A stretch of DNA of 64,000 nt from Deferribacterales bacterium. GTDB taxonomy: Bacteria; Chrysiogenota; Deferribacteres; Deferribacterales; Geovibrionaceae. Made by a program: the position numbers and the translations under genes. The first letter of the stretch is position 1. The number at the start of each line of letters is the position of its first letter. The stretch is taken from NCBI GenBank assembly GCA_050251875.1, contig JBFWMA010000008.1, forward strand, positions 1 to 64,000. Reading direction: 5' to 3'. The notes beneath the pieces were generated by a model, which was not told where the DNA came from, ran no database searches, and saw nothing but the letters and a program-made list of their open reading frames with translations. Of this stretch, positions 57,306 through 64,000 are shown one piece after another.

Positions 57306-58601
57306 TTATTCGTGCTCGTCTTTCGGCAGGATAATATTCAGAATCAGCGCTATTGTTCCGGAAACAACAATGCCTGAACCGCCGAATATCATGCGCACGC
57401 CTTCGGGAAAGCTCACCAGAGCCTCCGGCACGGAACCCAGACCGAATCCCAGACCAAGAGCCACGGCGACTATCACGGCGTTTCTGCCTGCCATGCTCTG
57501 TTTGGTTATCAGAGTCATACCGCTGACAGCTATCATAGAGAAAACGATAACCATAGCCCCGCCCAGAACACTGTTGGGTATCATGGCGAGCACAGCGCCC
57601 AGCTTAGGCACGAGACCGGACACGATGAGTATCACGGCTCCCACAGCGACAACGTATCTGCTCATGACTTTTGTCATGGCGACTATGCCCACGTTCTGGC
57701 TGAAGGATGTGTTGGGAAGACAGTTGAAAAGAGCGGCGAAAATACTTCCGGCGCCGTCAGCTATAACGCCTCCGGACAGCTCTTTGTCTGTTGCTTCTCT
57801 GTTTGCTCCGCCCATGGTGATTCCGGATATATCGCCCACTGTCTCCACAGTTGTCACGACATACATCAGAGCCATAGCGGCTATGGCATCCCAGTGAAAG
57901 GATATTCCGTATTTCAGAGGCATGGGAAAGCTGAAATAGCCTGCTGAGGCAAAATTGGCAAGGTTGAGCTTGCCCATGAAAAAGGCGGCAACGTATCCGA
58001 CAATGATTCCTATCAGGATAGAGGATACGCTCAGAGCGCCTTTGGTGAATGATTTAAATATAAGTATGGTAACGAGAACGATGAACCCCAGTATGAGGTT
58101 GGAAGGAGAACCGAAGTCCGGAGCTTTTACCCCGCCGGCGAAATACTGGATTCCAACGGGCAGAAGAGAAAGACCGATGGACAGAAGAACTGTACCTGTC
58201 ACCACAGGGGGAAAAAGTTTTCTCAAAGGACGCAGAAATGATCCCAGAACTATCTCCACCAGACCGCCCACAATAGAGGCGCCCAGAATACCTGCCAGAC
58301 CGTACTGCTTGCCGATGGCTATACAAGTGGGGAGAAAGCCGAAGCTGGTTCCCATCACCACGGGCAGTCTCGCCCCTATGGGTCCCACAGGATAAGCCTG
58401 CACAAGGGTCACGATACCTGAAGCAAACATCGCACACTGTATCAGAAATATCTTCTCATCGGCGGGAATCTGAAGTATGCCCGCAATGATGATGATAGGC
58501 GTGATGTTTCCTACAAACATCGCCAGAACATGCTGAAGTCCCAGAGGAAACGCCTGCTTCAGAGGCGGAACTCCGTTCAGCTCAAAGGGTGATTTGCTCA
58601 T
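57306..58601 (-). CDS. NCS2 xanthine/uric-acid permease
   Basis: LGLQHVLAMF, ETVGD, FSQNVG NAT motif. Confidence 0.93.
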   Translation of the reverse strand: MSKSPFELNGVPPLKQAFPLGLQHVLAMFVGNITPIIIIAGILQIPADEKIFLIQCAMFASGIVTLVQAYPVGPIGARLPVVMGTSFGFLPTCIAIGKQYGLAGILGASIVGGLVEIVLGSFLRPLRKLFPPVVTGTVLLSIGLSLLPVGIQYFAGGVKAPDFGSPSNLILGFIVLVTILIFKSFTKGALSVSSILIGIIVGYVAAFFMGKLNLANFASAGYFSFPMPLKYGISFHWDAIAAMALMYVVTTVETVGDISGITMGGANREATDKELSGGVIADGAGSIFAALFNCLPNTSFSQNVGIVAMTKVMSRYVVAVGAVILIVSGLVPKLGAVLAMIPNSVLGGAMVIVFSMIAVSGMTLITKQSMAGRNAVIVAVALGLGFGLGSVPEALVSFPEGVRMIFGGSGIVVSGTIALILNIILPKDEHE

Positions 58602-58793
58602 AAAAACTCCTCTTTCAATTACAAAGATGTAGAAATGTAACAAACAGGGATAAAAAATGTCAACATCAATAGTCCGGCAGAAAACGCAGAAAAAAGCATC
58701 TGTGCGTTTTACCATATTCTGACAAAACTTAAATAAATCTATTAATTGACTTTTTATTAAATTATACGATCTTATACTCATAGGATATTTATT

Positions 58794-59144
58794 ATGTTAC
58801 ATACAAACTTAGTCAGCATCGGCGGATGCATTATTAAGCACTGTTCCGAAATGTCTGAAAAAGATCTACAGCTTGTTTTCGACTATCTCTTCCACAAGCA
58901 GTGTCTGAACGCCCACACTGTCAGATGCGGTCGGATGGATTTTACCATCTCGCCGATGGAACCGGAAAACCCTAAAAGCATGTGGAATTTCGAAAGCCTG
59001 AACAAAGACATTGATGTCGCCATAGACAATGTTTTTGATATAGAAGAGATGTCCAGAATCGCTCACAAGGCGCTGTTCATCGCCACCGCTCTGAAGATGC
59101 GGGAAGTCACCTGCAACGTACAGCTTAAGAACGCCTATATCTGA
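58794..59144 (+). CDS. Hypothetical protein
   Basis: ORF with host-like codon usage; start uncertain (58794 or 58851). Confidence 0.55.
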   Translation: MLHTNLVSIGGCIIKHCSEMSEKDLQLVFDYLFHKQCLNAHTVRCGRMDFTISPMEPENPKSMWNFESLNKDIDVAIDNVFDIEEMSRIAHKALFIATALKMREVTCNVQLKNAYI

Positions 59145-59215
59145 CAGCCGCTGTTTTTGGTTGAACATGCGGGCGATCTTCAATATATTTCATTTAACAA
59201 CATAAAGGAGTGTGT

Positions 59216-60415
59216 ATGCCGCCCCTATCTCAGGAGACAGTCTCTGTCACTGTCACGCCAGCCGCAGTAAAATCCGTCAAAAACGGTCATCCGTGGATAT
59301 ACGCGGAATCCATAATCCGTGCCAACAGAGAGGGGAACCCCGGCGACATAGCCGTCATATACAACCAAAAGAGGGAATACACAGCCATAGGGCTCTATGA
59401 CCCTGCGTCACCCATCCGCATCCGTGTTCTGCACAGAGGCAGACAGACGTCCATAGACGAAGACTGGCTGAGACGCCGCATAGAAGACTCCATAGCGAAA
59501 AGAACGGATCTGGCGGATGATGAGTCCACCACCGGATACCGTCTGATACACGGCGAAAATGACGGACTGCCCGGACTGGTGGCGGACGTATACGGCGCTG
59601 TGCTGGTGATAAAGCTGGACACGGCGGCGTGGATAAGACACCTGAACATCATTAAAGCCATAATGACCGAGCTGACGGCGCCTGAAACCATAGTGCTGAG
59701 ACTTTCACGCACCATAGAGGACACGCCGGAAACATATGACGGTCAGATAATATATGGAAAGGATATCACCAAACCCGTGGTTTTTTCCGAAAACGGGATA
59801 CTCTTCGAGGCTGACCCGGTGAACGGGCAGAAAACGGGATTCTTTCTGGATCAGAGAGAGAACAGAGCTCTGGTGAAGACACTGTGCAGGGGAAAAGACG
59901 TTCTGAACGTTTTTTCATACAACGGGGGATTCTCGCTGTACGCAGCGTCCGGCGGGGCAAAATCCGTAATCAGTCTGGACATAGCCAGAGAGGCGCTCAC
60001 TGCCTCCGAAAGAAACTTCGCCCTGAACCCGTCACTTTCGAAATGCCGTCACGAGATACTCTGCGGAGACGCATTCGAACACATGAAACTGCTGGCGGAC
60101 AGGGGACGTAAATTTGACGTGGTGATAGTCGACCCGCCTTCATTCGCCAGAAAACAGCAGGACGTGCCGCAGGCTCTGAAAGCATATGAAAAACTGGCAA
60201 AGCTGGCGGTATCGCTCACAGCAAAAGGCGGAATGATGGCATGCGCATCGTGCTCAGCCAGAGTGCCTGCTGAAGATTTTTTCGACACAGTGCTGAAAGC
60301 GGTGAAAAAATCCGGCAGAAACCACAAGGAAACAGACCGCACACAGCACGCCTCAGACCACCCCATCGGCTTTCCCGAGGGAGCGTATCTGAAGTGTATC
60401 TATATCAGGCTGTAG
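59216..60415 (+). CDS. RlmI-like rRNA m5C methyltransferase (PUA plus SAM domains)
   Basis: GHPWIY, GENDGLPGL, QKTGFFLDQR, DPPSF, YLK. Confidence 0.88.
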   Translation: MPPLSQETVSVTVTPAAVKSVKNGHPWIYAESIIRANREGNPGDIAVIYNQKREYTAIGLYDPASPIRIRVLHRGRQTSIDEDWLRRRIEDSIAKRTDLADDESTTGYRLIHGENDGLPGLVADVYGAVLVIKLDTAAWIRHLNIIKAIMTELTAPETIVLRLSRTIEDTPETYDGQIIYGKDITKPVVFSENGILFEADPVNGQKTGFFLDQRENRALVKTLCRGKDVLNVFSYNGGFSLYAASGGAKSVISLDIAREALTASERNFALNPSLSKCRHEILCGDAFEHMKLLADRGRKFDVVIVDPPSFARKQQDVPQALKAYEKLAKLAVSLTAKGGMMACASCSARVPAEDFFDTVLKAVKKSGRNHKETDRTQHASDHPIGFPEGAYLKCIYIRL

Positions 60416-60416
60416 A

Positions 60417-60860
60417 TCAGTCAAGCATCAGCTTAAGATCTTCCAGCTTCTGCGATCCGTATTCATCATCTATCAGATTTCCGTCATGTCCGTATACTCT
60501 GGTGTATGGCACGGCGTCTATCTTCATCAGCTCCTTATAAAGATCAGGCGTGCCGATAAAGAATTTAAACGGAAATTTCTCATCCTTAACAGTGGATATG
60601 GCAAAGGAACAGTCCTTCTCCTTTGTGATTCCCACAACCTGAATGTTGTTGTTTTTCAGAAAATCGGGATTTTCCCTCAGCATCCTCAGCTCCCTCATGC
60701 AGTGCGGACACCAGGGCGCCCAGAAAACCACCATGGTCTTGCCTTTAAATGATTTGATAACCTTTTGCAGTCCGGCATTGTCTATGGTGTCCATAGAGCC
60801 GGCATATGAATAGGCGCAGAGAAGCACTAGGAAAAGTGTCAGAATAAATTTTCTCATCAT
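60417..60860 (-). CDS. TlpA/thioredoxin-like exported protein
   Basis: FWAPWCPHC; cis-Pro VPYT. Confidence 0.85.
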   Translation of the reverse strand: MMRKFILTLFLVLLCAYSYAGSMDTIDNAGLQKVIKSFKGKTMVVFWAPWCPHCMRELRMLRENPDFLKNNNIQVVGITKEKDCSFAISTVKDEKFPFKFFIGTPDLYKELMKIDAVPYTRVYGHDGNLIDDEYGSQKLEDLKLMLD

Positions 60861-60922
60861 TGTCTCCAAATAAAATCAACTGAAAATAAAATAATACATC
60901 ATCGCTGTTATTTCAATACCGT

Positions 60923-61924
60923 CTATTTTCTATATATGGAATATATCACATACCCCAGAATAAGGAGCCATACCACCGCCAGCGGCAGCAGCACCTTGAA
61001 ATAAAACGGAAGTGATCTGAAATCTATAAAAGGCTTATGGGCATACAGCCCGACTTTCAGTTTTTTCATCAGTTCATATACGCTGGTATAGCTCACGGGT
61101 TTCACCCATCCGGCGTACCTGCTCTCTGCCAGCACTTTATCATCCGGCGGGATGGATATCAGAATCTTCTGTATCTCCGCCACAATCTCCTGATCTATCC
61201 CCTCTCTGGCGGAGAAAGCCCACTCCGGATACAGCTTTGTGCTGTGCATCTGGGGCAGCTCATCATGCACGGCGTGCAGAACCTTGATATCTTTCAGGTT
61301 CAGTCTGCCGTTCTTCGCCATGCGTTCTAATATGCCGGAACGCACAGTTCCGGCATCCGCCTTGCCGTCCAGAACATAGTCAACCACTCTGTCCTGGGTT
61401 CCGGTGAAAACCACATTGAAATCGCTGTATTCCCGCAGACCGACATCACGGATTTCGCTGAGCCCCATCCAGTATGCTCCGAACCCCTCCGGGTCGATGG
61501 CGGCGAGAGTTTTTCCCTTCATATCTTTCAGATCGGTGATGGAGCTGTTCTCTGTCTTGGTGAAGACCACGGCGGAAAAATAAGGCAGCGCCTTTCCCTC
61601 ATACTGATTGATAAGTGTCAGGAAAATATTGGTATTATACTTCTCTTTAAGCTGAACAGCCTCCGCCGGCTGTGTGATGACAAAGTCTATCTCTTTGTTC
61701 TCCACCAGCTTGCGCATCTGTTCGAACCCGAACACGGGCATGAGGTTAAAGGAGTATCTGTTCTGTCTGCTGTCCAGATATTTCAGCGTGGGCGTCCACC
61801 GCTGATATGAGAGCTGAACGCCGTTATAGGCTCTGACTCCCACCGTAAAAACTTTTTCTCTGTCAGCATAAGCAGAAGTAGCTAAAACGCACATCATTAA
61901 AATAATAAAAGCCAACCTACTCAT
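60923..61924 (-). CDS. PhnD-like periplasmic binding protein with C-terminal TM anchor (TtrS sensor-domain-like)
   Basis: QRWTPT..YL, DFVITQP, FGAYW, DAGTVRSGILE, STKLYPEW; terminal transmembrane segment. Confidence 0.75.
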   Translation of the reverse strand: MSRLAFIILMMCVLATSAYADREKVFTVGVRAYNGVQLSYQRWTPTLKYLDSRQNRYSFNLMPVFGFEQMRKLVENKEIDFVITQPAEAVQLKEKYNTNIFLTLINQYEGKALPYFSAVVFTKTENSSITDLKDMKGKTLAAIDPEGFGAYWMGLSEIRDVGLREYSDFNVVFTGTQDRVVDYVLDGKADAGTVRSGILERMAKNGRLNLKDIKVLHAVHDELPQMHSTKLYPEWAFSAREGIDQEIVAEIQKILISIPPDDKVLAESRYAGWVKPVSYTSVYELMKKLKVGLYAHKPFIDFRSLPFYFKVLLPLAVVWLLILGYVIYSIYRK

Positions 61925-63900
61925 AAATTAATGTCTCCATCCTTAGCCACAGGCAAAATTAATGTGAATACCGCTCCATCTCCGGTGTTTTCGGCGGTTA
62001 TTCTTCCGTTCATATGTTTTTCTATTATGCTTTTTGTCATATACAGCCCGATACCTGTTCCGTGCTCCTCCGATTTGGTGGTGAAATACGGGTCAAATAT
62101 CCTGCCGATTATATTATTGTCTATACCCCCGCCGTTGTCCGTCACCTTCAGGCTGATGTTGGTTCCGTCACTCTCCATGAAGATATCCAGCATACCCTCT
62201 TCTATCTCCTGTCTGGATATTCTGGCGAGTATGGCGTCTTTCGAGTTCTGCACGAGATTCAGCACGGCCTGTTTCAGCTCGCCGGGAAAACCGTTCACCA
62301 GTGAATTCGTACACTCGCAGTCCGGCTTTTCGGCTGTGATCTCCGCATATTCATAAAAAGAATCATTGCACCTGCATCTGAACCGCAGGGCGATTCCGTT
62401 ATATTTCATCTGAGCGCTGATAAGCCGGATGACCTCCGTGACGTTCACCACCATCGGAAAGGTCTTTATAGTCTTATCCGTGCGGAAAAAATTCCTGAAA
62501 TCGTCAATGGTGCTGGACATGTGCATCAGCATGGACATTATCTTGTTCTCGAACTCTTCCGCCTCCGTGCCGGAGAGCCTGTTTTCACGGTAGTTGATAA
62601 CAAAGCTCTGCACGCTCAGACCGATGATGTTCAGCGGCTGGCGCCACTGGTGGGCTATGGCGTTCACCATCTGCCCCATGTCCACAAACTTCTGCTGGTC
62701 GAAAAGAAGCTGTTCGTTCTTCAGCCTCTTTCCTGTCTCCTGCTTAACCATCTGCTCAAGCTGGTTGTTGATCTCTTCCAGCTCGATCTCCCTCTTCTTT
62801 ATCAGCTTAATCATATCATTATAAAGACTGACAAGCTCGCCTATCTCATCGTCACGCTCGATGGTGATCAGAGTTTTATAATCCACTGACTCGATGTTTT
62901 TAACAGCCTGCCCCAGCTCTTTCAGAGGTCTGGAAACCATGCGGTGCAGGATGAAAAAGCTGATAGGCACAACAGCCAGAAAGATGAAAGCCAGCATGGC
63001 GAGGAACCCCATGGCTATGTTTCTGCTGATGTCGGAGGAGAAAAAATCCGTGGTGTAAAAGACAAAATCCACCGTCAGCCCGTCTTTGATAACCCAGCGC
63101 TGATACATTATATTTTTGCCGTCTTTTCTGATTATAGATTTCGGGTCGGTATAGCTCATGGGAAACAGCAGGCTGACTTTTTCCGGAGCCTGCACGGCGC
63201 TTCTGAATACGGACTGACCGTTGATGAAATACAGAAAGGTCATACCGCCCACATCAGATACCTGCCTTAGAAAACCGCTGTTCAGCACTGTGGCGGTCAT
63301 CAGGCGGAAAACGCCCCTGTCCGACTGCCGTTCCTGAAAATATTCCACGGCGAGCTGTCCGCTGAGCTCTGAAAAGATGAATCCGTCATCGGAAAAATGT
63401 GTGTGGGTGAGAAATTCGTTGATAAAAGCGGTGTTACCGGAATTCGGCACGTTGTCTCCGTCCAGCATCAGGACGGTGTGTCCGGAGAGCGCCTCATATC
63501 CGGAATAGTAAGTGTCGTTATCGTTGAAAGCGAAAACAACAGGACGACCGCCGCTGTCGAATATGGCGGTGATGCCCAGCCCGCCCAGATCGGCGGATTC
63601 TTCCAGATATTTCGCCGCCTGCCGTCTGCCGGTGTCTGTGTCCAGCGGCAGAGATGTCAGAATATGCGAAGACGACAGCAGATCACTGCTGTTTTTTATA
63701 TCGTTCTGCTTTTTGATTATCAGTCTGTTCAGCACTGTGAAGGCATTATGGAAATAAGAAGACGCCCTGACCCTGCTGCTGTTGAGCTGCATGTTATAGA
63801 TGGTAAAGGCAAATACCGTACACATCAGAAGCACGGTAAAGAGCACAAATAAAAATATTTTCAGTTTTATGCTTCTAAAAACATACTTCAGCAACCGCAA
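61921..63900 (-). CDS. Membrane HAMP sensor histidine kinase
   Basis: Two TMs, HAMP (DEIGEL), IAHQWRQPL, NSKDA, DNGGG, GTGIGL; GGAG plus TTG start. Confidence 0.92.
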   Translation of the reverse strand: MRLLKYVFRSIKLKIFLFVLFTVLLMCTVFAFTIYNMQLNSSRVRASSYFHNAFTVLNRLIIKKQNDIKNSSDLLSSSHILTSLPLDTDTGRRQAAKYLEESADLGGLGITAIFDSGGRPVVFAFNDNDTYYSGYEALSGHTVLMLDGDNVPNSGNTAFINEFLTHTHFSDDGFIFSELSGQLAVEYFQERQSDRGVFRLMTATVLNSGFLRQVSDVGGMTFLYFINGQSVFRSAVQAPEKVSLLFPMSYTDPKSIIRKDGKNIMYQRWVIKDGLTVDFVFYTTDFFSSDISRNIAMGFLAMLAFIFLAVVPISFFILHRMVSRPLKELGQAVKNIESVDYKTLITIERDDEIGELVSLYNDMIKLIKKREIELEEINNQLEQMVKQETGKRLKNEQLLFDQQKFVDMGQMVNAIAHQWRQPLNIIGLSVQSFVINYRENRLSGTEAEEFENKIMSMLMHMSSTIDDFRNFFRTDKTIKTFPMVVNVTEVIRLISAQMKYNGIALRFRCRCNDSFYEYAEITAEKPDCECTNSLVNGFPGELKQAVLNLVQNSKDAILARISRQEIEEGMLDIFMESDGTNISLKVTDNGGGIDNNIIGRIFDPYFTTKSEEHGTGIGLYMTKSIIEKHMNGRITAENTGDGAVFTLILPVAKDGDINL

Positions 63901-64000
63901 GACGAACTCCGCAATGTCAACCTTTATTAAAATTTTAATCTATTACGAAGTAAATATAAACACAAATTATGATGCAGTTCCATCTTCATGAAAAAGTGTC

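Overview
Mostly core chromosome of an anaerobic respiring bacterium. Gene content suggests Deferribacterales (Seleniivibrio/Denitrovibrio-like), but this is inference. The left end is an AT-rich accessory patch with an IS3-family end, an OafA-like acyltransferase and a GT9 remnant. Core loci follow: cobalamin riboswitch-metE, DUF294/DUF485/actP, bioC-bioH-like-bioF and bioAD, surE-TPR-exbBD-tonB, cydAB, argS-SPOR, tRNA-Leu(CAG), a hesA-like gene with pyk, a split flavocytochrome c fumarate reductase with DcuSR-like and dcuB genes, and a selenium-cofactor (yqeB/yqeC) xanthine-dehydrogenase-family cluster. The most striking non-coding features are: a ~1-kb tandem array of 118-bp palindromic CGTC-type REP doublets right after tRNA-Leu, with dispersed relatives at 16.7 and 24.7 kb; a second repeat family sitting directly after stop codons; a 39-bp gene-end duplication; and a candidate small RNA presenting an anti-Shine-Dalgarno loop. 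No CRISPR-Cas system or prophage is evident.
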